Shown: positions 9,401-18,496, numbered from the stretch's first letter. The stretch is 64,000 nt of DNA from Vicinamibacterales bacterium (GCA_035537775.1 DATLLQ010000230.1:1845-65844); one strand, 5' to 3'. Notes: generated by a model from the sequence alone, not told the origin. Numbers and translations: made by a program.

Positions 9401-10321
9401 CTAGGACAAGCGGAATGTGATGTGAACCGTGACGCGGGAATCGATCGGCCGGCCGTCGGACTGCGCGGGCTTGAAGCGAATGCGGAGTGCCGCCCGCTCG
9501 GCCGCTTCGTCGAGGCCGTGGCCGAGCCCGCGGACGACGCGCAGCACGCGGACCTCGCCGGCGGCGGTGAATTCGAGCTCGAGCGACACAGTGCCCTCGA
9601 TGCGGGCGCTGCGCGCTTCGTCGGTGTACTCCGGCGTCGGTTTGAAGAGGATCTCGACCGGCCGTTCGATCGGCTTCGGTGCCGCAGCGGAAGGCTGGGC
9701 GGACGCACTCGCTCGTTGATCGAACCCGGCCGTCTGCACCTCGCCGTTTGCGACTTTACGCGTCGCAGGCGCCTCGCTGCCGAATCCACCTGTCTTGACG
9801 GCGCCGATTGCTGCGTCGCGCGGCGAGACCGCCGCAGTTCCGAATCCGCCGGTCGTGACGCCCGCCGCGGCCTGGCTCGCTCGCGCGCTGCTTGTTCGCT
9901 CGAACAGCCCGGTCTCAGGAGGACGCTGGATCGCTGGCTTTTCGATCGGCCGCTCGACCGCCGCCGGTACGAGCGGTGCCGGCGCCCGATCGACCACCTT
10001 GGCAACGACTGGTGCGACGGGAAGCGGCTTCGGCATTTCCGCTCTGGCTGGTTCGCGCACCGGCCGCGCCGGGGCCGGCAGGGCAGCAAGGCGCGGCGCC
10101 ACGACTCGGGCCGGCGGCAGCTTCACCAATGCAGTCGCCGGCATGATGAACACCACCCTCGATCGCTTGTGCGGCGCCGGCGGTTTCTCAAACGCACGAA
10201 TCGGGACGACGATCAGGACGACCGCGACAACGGCGTGCAACGCGACACTGAGCCACAGGCCGGTGCTCGAACGGCCGGGCGCGGGCGTGCTCAATCGTGC
10301 GTCGTCGAACAGAACTGGCAT
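9401..10321 (-). CDS. tonB: TonB family energy transducer
   Basis: N-terminal TM helix (GLWLSVALHAVVAVVLIVV), a Pro/Ala-rich spacer, and a C-terminal TonB_C-like domain (PEYTDEARSARIEGTVSLELEF...VHITFRLS). Confidence 0.85.
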   Translation of the reverse strand: MPVLFDDARLSTPAPGRSSTGLWLSVALHAVVAVVLIVVPIRAFEKPPAPHKRSRVVFIMPATALVKLPPARVVAPRLAALPAPARPVREPARAEMPKPLPVAPVVAKVVDRAPAPLVPAAVERPIEKPAIQRPPETGLFERTSSARASQAAAGVTTGGFGTAAVSPRDAAIGAVKTGGFGSEAPATRKVANGEVQTAGFDQRASASAQPSAAAPKPIERPVEILFKPTPEYTDEARSARIEGTVSLELEFTAAGEVRVLRVVRGLGHGLDEAAERAALRIRFKPAQSDGRPIDSRVTVHITFRLS

Positions 10322-10401
10322 ATGTCGTACAGAAATTGAGTGCCGAAGCGTGCTGCTTTAGCGGGGAGGCTATCGGGGAGTTCTTAGACGCAAGCAAAGT
10401 G

Positions 10402-10418
10402 CCGCCGCACCGCGGCGG
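10402..10418 (-). terminator. Short GC hairpin downstream of the PadR-linked membrane gene
   Basis: ccgccgc-acc-gcggcgg, a 7-bp stem, lying between the stop at 10487 and the tonB start at 10321. Confidence 0.3.
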
Positions 10419-10486
10419 GCCGTCTGCGCACCGGAGTCGCTGTCAGGCCTTCAGCGAGTGGCGTATGAGGCTGGGATAACCTTCGC

Positions 10487-11503
10487 TCAGGATGCCACGT
10501 GCGGCGTCCCGCTGTGGCTGGTCCAGCGCCGTATCATGCGTACGACCTCCCATAGCAAGGGCAGCCCGGCGAGGATACTGACCAGCGTCAAGACACCCGC
10601 CAGCATCTGATTCAATGTCGCCAGCGGTTTGGCCTGACTAGGGTCCCACTTCGGGCCCGCGATCAACAGGTCGCCGGTCCCGAGAAGGAAGATTGCCAGT
10701 GCCACACCCGCAGCGACCACGCCAATGCGCAAGGCGCGCAGCCACGAGCTCGTGGCGAACCGTGTGTAACACAGCCACGACTGGGAGATCACGAAGAAGG
10801 CCAGCAGCCACAGAGGGAAGCGCATCGCGTACAACGCATCAGACGCGCTGAACACGCCTCTTCCGCCCCACACCCAGAAGAACGACGGTGCGTACAGCGC
10901 GAGCGCCAGGAAAACCAGCCAGACGATCCCGCCGATGATTCCACGAACAGGACGTGGCTTCGGATGTTGGGGAAAGGACGACGGGACTGGACTCAGAGCC
11001 TCCGGCTTCCACCTTTCCGAATAGCGAAACCGGAACTCCAGGTATTCCCAGCCGGCAAACAGCAACGTGATGCCCGCGGGAATGATGACTGCCGCCAGAA
11101 GAACGTCGCGGCCAAGTGCCAGCAGAAGCGAGACTGCGGGCGAGGCTCCCTGAAAAGCAAATACCAGCACGATCAATCGGATCGTCAGCCATATCGCGAA
11201 GACGGCCCGGAGCGTGAACCAGTAGAGCGGAAACAGTACCGGACTGATCAAACCCCGCGCTGGCGCTTCACGGTACCTGAGCGCGACCTTCGCCGGGTGA
11301 CCGTGCCGTTTGAGCAGCGCACTCACTTCGTCCGGACGCAGTTCACGCCCCAGCACTCTCGCCTGATCTTCGACCTGTGATTCCAGGTTGGATCGCACCT
11401 CCGCCCCGATGTCCTCCATCTTGTGGGGCGGCAGCATGAGCATCAACTTGACGGCGTGGATGTATCGGTCAAGCAACTCCTCGTTCGTCGGCTCGCGCTT
11501 CAT
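10487..11503 (-). CDS. PadR-associated membrane protein with a DUF1700/HAAS-like N-terminal helical domain and a polytopic C-terminus
   Basis: The ATG at 11503 overlaps the PadR stop (ATGA). N-terminus MKREPTNEELLDRYIHAVKLML..EDIGAEVRSNLESQVED...LLKRHGHPAKVALRY, followed by about 6 hydrophobic helices. The listed 489-aa ORF is an upstream read-through. Confidence 0.7.
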   Translation of the reverse strand: MKREPTNEELLDRYIHAVKLMLMLPPHKMEDIGAEVRSNLESQVEDQARVLGRELRPDEVSALLKRHGHPAKVALRYREAPARGLISPVLFPLYWFTLRAVFAIWLTIRLIVLVFAFQGASPAVSLLLALGRDVLLAAVIIPAGITLLFAGWEYLEFRFRYSERWKPEALSPVPSSFPQHPKPRPVRGIIGGIVWLVFLALALYAPSFFWVWGGRGVFSASDALYAMRFPLWLLAFFVISQSWLCYTRFATSSWLRALRIGVVAAGVALAIFLLGTGDLLIAGPKWDPSQAKPLATLNQMLAGVLTLVSILAGLPLLWEVVRMIRRWTSHSGTPHVAS

Positions 11504-11874
11504 GCTTTCCTCCTCCCCGCGGTCATCGTGGGTGTCGAGAGTCTCTCGACGGCACTGTTGATGTTTCGCCATTCGTCCAGCAGCCTCGCGAGCGCCACAC
11601 GCCCCTCCTCCGACAGACGATAGAAGCGTTTGTTCCGCTTGTCCTCGACGCGCCAGGCGCTTGCCAGCAGCTTCTGGTCTTCCAGCCGGCGCAACAGCGG
11701 GTACAACGTGTTCTCGTCGATCTCGAGCCCGCCTTCTCTGAGCGCCTTCGCCAGCGCGTAACCGTGATGCTCGGAGCGGAGCTTGGCCAATACGGCAAGG
11801 ACCAGGCAGCCGCGCCGCAATTCCAGCCGAAGGTTGTCGAACGCGGGGAGGTTCATCGCCTGTAAGTCGCGCAT
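11500..11874 (-). CDS. PadR family transcriptional regulator
   Basis: Winged-helix PadR pattern LVLAVLAKLRSEHHGYALAKAL...ENTLYPLLRRLEDQKLL...KRNKRFYRLSEEG. An alternative ATG lies at 11856. Confidence 0.85.
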   Translation of the reverse strand: MRDLQAMNLPAFDNLRLELRRGCLVLAVLAKLRSEHHGYALAKALREGGLEIDENTLYPLLRRLEDQKLLASAWRVEDKRNKRFYRLSEEGRVALARLLDEWRNINSAVERLSTPTMTAGRRKA

Positions 11875-11892
11875 ACCAGATGGAACACAGCC

Positions 11893-11919
11893 TGCGTGAC
11901 ACAGTGTGCGTCACACAGT
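11893..11919 (-). promoter_or_regulatory. Candidate PadR operator (tandem 13-mers)
   Basis: TGCGTGACACAGT and TGCGTCACACAGT are separated by 1 nt, 20-45 nt upstream of the PadR start. They contain GTGTG-N3-CACAC dyad arms. Confidence 0.3.
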
Positions 11920-11968
11920 ATGCGCCTGTCAAGCCGTCTCGTTGAACGGGAAGCACGACTTCAGTGGG

Positions 11969-13429
11969 TCATGGCAGTTGTGATTCCGCTCGGATGTCGT
12001 TCTCCCACACTGCGCTGTGCTGAGTCCGATTTTGGGCGGTGCGCGGCAATTCGATTACGAACTGTGCGCCCCTTCCGGGCCCTGCACTCGTGGCACACAC
12101 GGTCCCACCGTGCAATTCAACGAGATGACGAACGATCGCGAGACCCAGTCCCATCCCGCCGGTGCCCCTTCCCGGTTTGCCCTGCCGGAATCGCTCGAAT
12201 ACGTGCGGAAGGAACTCGGAATCGATTCCGACTCCCGTGTCGGCGACTTCCATGCGGAAGGAGTGGGAGGTATCCGTCAGCGACACCGTGACATGGCCGC
12301 CAGCGGGCGTGAACTTGATGGCATTCGCAAGCAGGTTCCACGCGACCTGCTTGAGGCGTACGGCGTCACCGCGGACCATTGAGTGGCCGTTACCGACTGT
12401 CGCGCGCGTGAGCCCGACCCCCTTGTTGTCGGCGCTTAGCCGCACGGCGTCAACGGCTTGCTGAATCACGTCATCCAGATTCACCTCGCCGATCGACAAG
12501 CGCATGCGTCCGGCGACGAGCTGGTTCGTGTCGATGAGGTCATCCACCAGCTGGCGCAACGAATCGGCGTTACGAGCGATGGCACCGATCGCCGATGAGA
12601 CGCGCTCGGGTTTGATCGCGTTCTCCTCGAGCATGCGCGACCAGCCGGCAATCGTGTTCGTTGGTGTCCGGAGCTCGTGCGAAATAACCGCTGCAAACTC
12701 ATCTTTCAGCCGAAGAGTCTCCAGAAGCTCCGACTGCTTGCGCTCAAGTGCCTCGGTCGACCGGCGCCGATCGGCCGTAAATCGCATCGTGACAACAAAC
12801 AGCACGCAGACCGAGACCAGCCCGAGCCCAATGCCGACGATGCGCGTCATCTGCGCGTCCCGATAGTCGCGATCTGCTGCGTCCGTTCGCGCGCGCAGTC
12901 GCGCGCTCTCGCGTGCCTCCATCCGGGCAACCACGACCCGCATGTCGTCCATCAACGTCTTGCCGAGGTGTTTCGCCACCTCGGCTTGTGCATCGCCAAA
13001 GGTGCCGTCGCGGCGCAGCGTGATCACCGACTCGAGTTCGGCAAGCTTGCGATCCGCGAGCGCCTTCAGACGCTCATAGTCCGCCTGTTGGTCGGGGTCG
13101 TCTGCCATCAACCTGCGCATCTGCGCCAGGTTCGAGTCGATGGCTTCACGTGCGCGAGTGTAGGGGTCGAGGTACGAGGGATTATTCGTGATGACATAGC
13201 CACGCTCGCCGGTTTCAGCGTCCAGGAGAGTGGCCAGCACCTGGTCGAGTGCCACTCGCGTCTGATAGGCAAGCTCGATCGATTCGTGTGTGCGGTAGAG
13301 GCTTTGAACGCTTCGGAATCCGAGGACGACCGTTGCGATAAGCACAATCACCGCAGCGATGAAGGCAGCCATCACGCCGGGAGTCAGGTGCTGCCGCAGC
13401 AGCGTCGACGCGTGTTCGCGCTCCCTCAT
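11969..13429 (-). CDS. CHASE3-domain sensor histidine kinase
   Basis: TM helix, then a CHASE3-like periplasmic region (LLDAETGERGYVITNNPSYLDPY) and a second TM helix. H-box ISHELRTPTNTIAGW. ATPase boxes NLLANAIKFTPAGG, DTGVGI and GMGLGLAIV. Confidence 0.85.
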   Translation of the reverse strand: MREREHASTLLRQHLTPGVMAAFIAAVIVLIATVVLGFRSVQSLYRTHESIELAYQTRVALDQVLATLLDAETGERGYVITNNPSYLDPYTRAREAIDSNLAQMRRLMADDPDQQADYERLKALADRKLAELESVITLRRDGTFGDAQAEVAKHLGKTLMDDMRVVVARMEARESARLRARTDAADRDYRDAQMTRIVGIGLGLVSVCVLFVVTMRFTADRRRSTEALERKQSELLETLRLKDEFAAVISHELRTPTNTIAGWSRMLEENAIKPERVSSAIGAIARNADSLRQLVDDLIDTNQLVAGRMRLSIGEVNLDDVIQQAVDAVRLSADNKGVGLTRATVGNGHSMVRGDAVRLKQVAWNLLANAIKFTPAGGHVTVSLTDTSHSFRMEVADTGVGIDSEFLPHVFERFRQGKPGRGTGGMGLGLAIVRHLVELHGGTVCATSAGPGRGAQFVIELPRTAQNRTQHSAVWENDIRAESQLP

Positions 13430-13456
13430 CGAAGCGATGATAGTTCGTCCCCCGCC

Positions 13457-14590
13457 TTACTTCCGCGCGGGTTGCTGATACTCCGGTGCGAGCTCCTTGC
13501 AGGCCTCGACCTTGAACGGCGCGTCCGCCGGCAGGACGCTATCGGTATCCACGTACTTGTCCGCGAAGTAGTCGGAATCGTCGGCGACGATGTTGCGGGT
13601 GAGCTCGAGCGTTGTGGGATTCAGCGTGAAGCGCTCGACGACGTGCAGCTTGTTGCTGTGAGGGAGATTCCCTGCCAGGCTACCTGGCAAGAAGCCGACG
13701 GTGTCGACCACCAGCGTGTCGCCGTCCCAGCGGCCTATCGAATGACCGGCGCGGCTCGGCTTGATGTTCGCCGGGTGCGCGGTCATGTTCATCTGCACCA
13801 TCCGGGTCAGGCCGACGCCATATTCCATCTTGATGACGTTCGCGCTCTGCGTGATGCGGCCGATCGCGCCGTCGAACACCCAGTCGAACAGGATGCTCGT
13901 GGGCTGGCAGGAGAGCCGCGGGTTCTCCGACGTCGGCCGCTTGCGCAGCGCGTCTGCTGCCGCCTGCCCCGCTGCGGTCAACTTCACGGGCGGCGCGAAC
14001 CAACCGGCGGGACCGGCAGGCATCGGCACTTTGCCTTCCCTGATCGCCGCGGCCTGGCTGATTGGGACGAGCCCGGTGCGCCCACGCCCGGGGGGCGGCG
14101 TTGCCAGGACCTGCTGCTCCTGCGCCCAGTCGCCGGCGAGGTTCGGTTTGCCGTTCGACAGCCGGAACGGCCGTTTCGAGCGATTGACGGATTGGGCGTC
14201 GCTCAGCTGCTGATAGCGCTCGAGCGTCGGCTTATTGCCAAGAGTCATCGTCTCCACAGTGCACGCAGTCGGATCGTCGCGATGCGGGTGGCCCGCCACC
14301 TTGATGGTTGCGCCCCGCACGAACATCTCCTGCGACCAACCCGAGCGCCTGAGCACCGTGGCCCCCCGCGTCTCGCATTTCATCCCGATGACCTTGCCGT
14401 CGGTGCCGACGACATCGAAATAGATGTACGTATGCGGGTTGACGAAGTCGACCTTTGTCAGCTTGCCCTCGAGCTCCACGTTCTTCCTGACATCGTAGAG
14501 GCCGGCGCCGTGGTGCGCGGATACGCGTTCGACGAACACCGGTACCGTGAGCACGGTGGCGACGAGTACCGCGTGTGTCACTCTTGTCAT
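13457..14590 (-). CDS. Secreted two-domain protein of unknown function: an N-terminal domain like 28016..28426 fused to a C-terminal domain like 26025..26930 and 30014..31057
   Basis: Signal peptide ending VSA/HH. N-domain HHGAGLYDVRKNVELEGKLTKVDFVNPH. C-domain GKPNLAGDW...SIGRWDGDTLVVDTVGF...HVVERFT. It ends 27 bp upstream of the CHASE3 kinase. Confidence 0.7.
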   Translation of the reverse strand: MTRVTHAVLVATVLTVPVFVERVSAHHGAGLYDVRKNVELEGKLTKVDFVNPHTYIYFDVVGTDGKVIGMKCETRGATVLRRSGWSQEMFVRGATIKVAGHPHRDDPTACTVETMTLGNKPTLERYQQLSDAQSVNRSKRPFRLSNGKPNLAGDWAQEQQVLATPPPGRGRTGLVPISQAAAIREGKVPMPAGPAGWFAPPVKLTAAGQAAADALRKRPTSENPRLSCQPTSILFDWVFDGAIGRITQSANVIKMEYGVGLTRMVQMNMTAHPANIKPSRAGHSIGRWDGDTLVVDTVGFLPGSLAGNLPHSNKLHVVERFTLNPTTLELTRNIVADDSDYFADKYVDTDSVLPADAPFKVEACKELAPEYQQPARK

Positions 14591-14686
14591 CTTTGTCCCC
14601 CTCGGCGTTCGAACGGTCCGAGCACGGGGCGCATTGTCTCACTGTTTTCCGGCGAGGCGAGCGGCTGCACAGACTTATCCTGTGGC

Positions 14687-15694
14687 GTGCCGTTACGAGC
14701 CGGCGAGCTGTTTATCCTGGGATTTCGCGGAGCATCAGTTCCCGCGTGGCTGGCCGACTTCGAACGTGAGTTCGGTCTCGGGGGCGTCGTGCTGTTCGAT
14801 CGCGACCTGGCCAGCGGCGGAACGACGAGGAACATCGAAGCGCCTGAGCAGTTGAGGTCGCTTTGTGCCGCCGTTCATCGCCTGCCGTCCCGGCCGTTGA
14901 TATTCGTCGATCAGGAAGGCGGGCTCGTGCGCCGGCTGCGGCCGGAGCGTGGCTTCGAGGATCTGCCGAGTGCTGCGGACATTGCCTGTCTCGAGGAGGA
15001 GAAGGCACGCGCGGTGGTGACCGCCAGCTTCGTCGAGATGAAGAACCTCGGCATCGACTTCAACCTGGCGCCCGTCATCGATCTCAACGTCAACCCGCTG
15101 AACCCGAACATCGGACGCGTGCACAGATCGTTCTCGGCAGACCCAGGCGAGGTGCGCCGGTGTGCCGGCATCTTCAGCGATGCTGCGCGACTCGCAGGCC
15201 TTGGGCTCTGCCTGAAGCATTACCCCGGCCTTGGAGGTGCCGTGACGGACAGCCACCTTCAGGAGACGGACCTCAGCGAGACGATTTCGGACGAGCAGCT
15301 CTCATTGTTCAGAGAGCTAAGCGGTGTCATCCCTGGCCGCGCCATTCTTTTGAGCCATGGATTTGTCAGGGACTGGGATCCGCTGTGGCCAGTCTCGGTG
15401 TCGGCGCCCGCAGTCGACACGCTGCGGCGAGCAGTGCCGGATGCGCTGTTCATCACCGACGACCTGCAGATGGGCGGACTGCGTCAGTTGGGTTCCACGC
15501 CTGACATGAGCGTTCGCGCGTTACGCGTCGGCGTCGATATGGTCTGTATCGGGAACAATCTCGTTATCGAAGAGGACGCCTGCGCTGAAGCGGCGGCCGC
15601 TGTGCGCGCACTTGCGGACGATGACGTCGTCGCGCGAGAGACGCTGCGTGAAGCACAGGAGCGGGTTGCCATTCGCAAGGCACAGTGCAGATGA
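14687..15694 (+). CDS. nagZ: Beta-N-acetylhexosaminidase (GH3, NagZ-like)
   Basis: The GH3 signature KHYPGLGGAVTDSH matches K-H-x-P-G-x-G-x4-D-S-H. Also FVDQEGGLVRR and NLAPVIDLN. GTG 14687 is the first start after the upstream gene. The listed 1005-aa ORF is an antisense read-through. Confidence 0.8.
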   Translation: MPLRAGELFILGFRGASVPAWLADFEREFGLGGVVLFDRDLASGGTTRNIEAPEQLRSLCAAVHRLPSRPLIFVDQEGGLVRRLRPERGFEDLPSAADIACLEEEKARAVVTASFVEMKNLGIDFNLAPVIDLNVNPLNPNIGRVHRSFSADPGEVRRCAGIFSDAARLAGLGLCLKHYPGLGGAVTDSHLQETDLSETISDEQLSLFRELSGVIPGRAILLSHGFVRDWDPLWPVSVSAPAVDTLRRAVPDALFITDDLQMGGLRQLGSTPDMSVRALRVGVDMVCIGNNLVIEEDACAEAAAAVRALADDDVVARETLREAQERVAIRKAQCR

Positions 15695-16254
15695 ACAACG
15701 ATTCCGCGACGAGAACCTCGCTCGCCGTCCGATCTGCGCGTGAGACGGATCTTGACGATATCGAGCACATGCTCAGCGACTTCGTCAAAGGGCATCCGGC
15801 TGAAACCCATTCCCGCTCGCGGTCAAAGCTGCGTGAAGCCTATTTCGGCACCGCGCCTGTCGCGCGGCTGCTCGTCGCCACGCGCGGCGAGCGCGTGATC
15901 GGCATGGGCCAGTGGACCCTCATCTACGACATGTTCTGGAGCGCGTACGGTGGGAATGTCGAATGGCTGTACCTGCGCCCGGAGCATCGCGGAAGCGGAG
16001 TGGCGGCGGCGATCGTCGCCGAGATCAGTAGTCAAGTACGTCGCGCTGGAGGTGAGTTCCTGCACGGGGGAGGCGGCCGGCAGGTGGAAGCCCTCTATGA
16101 GCGAGTCGCGATGGGCTGGAAGGCGCACGAATGCTATGTCTCGGCAGAAGCCTTTCAGGCCCTGGCCGATCTTGCGGGTCTGGCGCCACGGGAAATTGTC
16201 CGGCGTCTCCCGGATCCCGGGCTCAACAAGGTGGCCCCGCGCGCTAGGGGATAG
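15691..16254 (+). CDS. GNAT family N-acetyltransferase
   Basis: Acetyl-CoA motif A region LYLRPEHRGSGVAAAIVAEI. The ATG at 15691 overlaps the nagZ stop (ATGA). Confidence 0.75.
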   Translation: MNNDSATRTSLAVRSARETDLDDIEHMLSDFVKGHPAETHSRSRSKLREAYFGTAPVARLLVATRGERVIGMGQWTLIYDMFWSAYGGNVEWLYLRPEHRGSGVAAAIVAEISSQVRRAGGEFLHGGGGRQVEALYERVAMGWKAHECYVSAEAFQALADLAGLAPREIVRRLPDPGLNKVAPRARG

Positions 16255-17056
16255 CGCGAGACGAGGCGCTGCGCCACAGCGCGAGCAACGCCTCGTTCAA
16301 TGGCGGCCCCGCAAACTGGATCTCATGCCCGGCGCCCTCGACAACCATCCGGGACCCGCCGATCCGTTCGGCAAGGTCGTCGCAGATGGCGTCGAAACCC
16401 GCGCTGTGCCCGCCTGAGACGACGACCTTCGGGAGTGCGGCGGAAGCCAGCTCCGCGAATGGCAACTGGGATTCCCAGATCGGCCGGCCGTTTCGGCACA
16501 CAGGTGCGAGCGACACTGCCGCCGCGATCAGTTCAGCCGAAAGCGCGTCCGGATCGCTTCCGACGATCTTCAAGAAGCGGGTGACCCATTCTTCGTCCGG
16601 AAGATCCTGATCCAGGAGGTCGCGAACCTCGGCCTCGAGTGCGCGCGCCGCTGAGTCGTGCTGCCCCAGCCCGAACGCGGCAGGCTCCAGCAGCGTCATC
16701 GACAACGTCGCCTCCGGACGTCGGGCTGCAGCGAACAGGACGCCGAGGCCACCATAGGAATGACCCACAAGATGGGCACCATCTCCCATGAGATCGGCGA
16801 TGTCCTCGGCATCACGAAGGAAGTCCTCGCCACGAGCCGCAGGGCTTCGTCCATACCCACGCCGATCGAACACCAACAGTCGAAAACCCTGGTCAGCGAG
16901 CGGTCGCTGCGCCTGCCACTCGTCGGTTCCGGTCGCCAACGATCCGTGAACCAGCACGACCGGGGTTCCCTCGCCCCACTTTTCCAAAAAGAGGTCGGCC
17001 ACAGCTTTACCTTCCAGACCTCGCCGGGATTGACGTTCCCGTCGAGACGTTCGCAT
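16244..17056 (-). CDS. Alpha/beta hydrolase
   Basis: VVLVHGS...FDRRGYGRSP...HLVGHSYGG, a classic GxSxG nucleophile elbow. I chose the ATG at 17056 because the longer listed ORF overlaps the divergent CotH gene. Confidence 0.72.
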   Translation of the reverse strand: MRTSRRERQSRRGLEGKAVADLFLEKWGEGTPVVLVHGSLATGTDEWQAQRPLADQGFRLLVFDRRGYGRSPAARGEDFLRDAEDIADLMGDGAHLVGHSYGGLGVLFAAARRPEATLSMTLLEPAAFGLGQHDSAARALEAEVRDLLDQDLPDEEWVTRFLKIVGSDPDALSAELIAAAVSLAPVCRNGRPIWESQLPFAELASAALPKVVVSGGHSAGFDAICDDLAERIGGSRMVVEGAGHEIQFAGPPLNEALLALWRSASSRAIP

Positions 17057-17100
17057 GTTGTGCGGCGGCGAGCCGCCGTCGTATCCTGCCACGGTCGGAT

Positions 17101-18456
17101 ATGCGACCGCTCGTTCGCCTGATCGCCTCGGCCGGAGTCTGTCTGGCCCTGCTGGGACCAGCACTCCTTGCTGCGCGCCAAGACGCCGCGCCAACGAACA
17201 TCACATCGATAAAAGCGGCCGATTTCTTCACGCCCACGAAGGTCTGGAAAGCTCACCTGACGTTGTCAGCCGAGTCCTGGCAGGCGATGCAGCCACAGCA
17301 GGGACCAGGGGGCGGGTTTGGCGGAGGCTTCGGCGGCGGCGCGCGGTTTCTGGGCCCCGAGGGCGGGCGTAACGGCGTCGCGGGGCGACAGGGCATCGAG
17401 TACGACTACGTCCGCGCCACGCTGCAGCTCGATGACTGGACCTTCCGCGATGTGGCGGTCCGCTACAAGGGGAACGGTTCGTACCTGCGAGCGACGCGCG
17501 CCGGAAGCGACAAGATCTCGCTCAAGGTGGATCTCAACAAGTTCGTGAAGGGCCAGGAGCTCGCCGGACTCACCACCATCAATTTCCAGAACAACATCAC
17601 CGACATCGGCTGGATGAACGAGGTGCTCGCCTACAGGCTGTATCGCGACGCCGGTGCGCTGGCGCCGCGCACCGCCTACGCGCAGGTGTACCTGACGGTC
17701 GCCGGGCAGGAGAAGCGCTACCTCGGCCTCTACTCCATCTCCGAGAATATCGACGACAACTTCGCTGAAGAGCGATTCGGAACGAGAAAGGGCGCGATCT
17801 TCAAGCCGTCGACGCAGGAGTTGTTCACCGACTGGGGTTCGGACTGGTCGGCCTACAACCAGTCATACGACCCCAAGACCGAACTGACCGAAGCGCAGAA
17901 GCGTCGGGTGATTGCCCTGGGGCGCCTCGTGTCCAGCGGCTCGGACGAAGAGTTCGCGGCGAAGATTGGCGACTACGTCGACCTGGACGACTTCGCCCGC
18001 TACTTCTCGGTCCTGGTCTGGCTGGCCAACCACGACAGCCTGCTTCAGAACGGCCAGAACTTCTACACGTACCTCCATCCCAAGACCGACCGCATGCACT
18101 TCATCGCCTGGGACCAGGACTTCTCGTTCGGCAACGGGCGGAGCAACGGCTTCGGCTGGTCGCTCAATTCCTCCTGGGGTAACCAGCGGTTCCTGTTCCG
18201 TATGTCCAAGGTCGAGGCGGTCCGCTCGAGATATCTCGCCCGCATGAAGGAGTTCTCGGAGCGCCTTTTCCTGCCTGAGCGCTTCGCGCAGCAGGTCGCC
18301 GAAATCGGGCCGGCCATCCGGCCGTCGATAGAGCTTGAAGGGAAGGAGTGGTTGGCCGACTTCGACGAGATCGTTGCCGGCCGCTCCGGCATCGTTCCGT
18401 TCGTCACCAGCCGCGCCGCACTCATCAAAGCGGAACTCGCCAAGATCGCCCCTTAG
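17101..18456 (+). CDS. Secreted CotH kinase-family protein
   Basis: Signal peptide MRPLVRLIASAGVCLALLGPALLAA. CotH-like core LKVDLNKFVKGQ...NEVLAYRLYRDAGALAPRTAYAQVYL...YLGLYSISENIDDNF. Confidence 0.78.
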   Translation: MRPLVRLIASAGVCLALLGPALLAARQDAAPTNITSIKAADFFTPTKVWKAHLTLSAESWQAMQPQQGPGGGFGGGFGGGARFLGPEGGRNGVAGRQGIEYDYVRATLQLDDWTFRDVAVRYKGNGSYLRATRAGSDKISLKVDLNKFVKGQELAGLTTINFQNNITDIGWMNEVLAYRLYRDAGALAPRTAYAQVYLTVAGQEKRYLGLYSISENIDDNFAEERFGTRKGAIFKPSTQELFTDWGSDWSAYNQSYDPKTELTEAQKRRVIALGRLVSSGSDEEFAAKIGDYVDLDDFARYFSVLVWLANHDSLLQNGQNFYTYLHPKTDRMHFIAWDQDFSFGNGRSNGFGWSLNSSWGNQRFLFRMSKVEAVRSRYLARMKEFSERLFLPERFAQQVAEIGPAIRPSIELEGKEWLADFDEIVAGRSGIVPFVTSRAALIKAELAKIAP

Positions 18457-18480
18457 GCGGGGAATTCTTAAGAAGTAGTG

Positions 18481-18496
18481 TCCGGCTTTAGCCGGA
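18481..18496 (+). terminator. Hairpin after the CotH gene
   Basis: tccggc-ttta-gccgga followed by ttcgg, 25 nt after the stop. Confidence 0.35.

Noticed and set aside
9334-10339. Alternative-frame ORFs over tonB (251 aa on the minus strand, 305 aa and 188 aa on the plus strand)
   Set aside because: Only the 9401..10321 frame yields the TM anchor, Pro-rich spacer and TonB_C domain.
12677-14686. N-terminal ~670 codons of the 1005-aa plus-strand ORF (12677..15694)
   Set aside because: It runs antisense to two well-supported minus-strand genes (the CHASE3 kinase and the fusion protein). It has an Arg/His/Asp-rich composition without motifs. Only the last 335 codons (from GTG 14687) look like a real protein (NagZ). 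Long open antisense frames are expected at this GC content.
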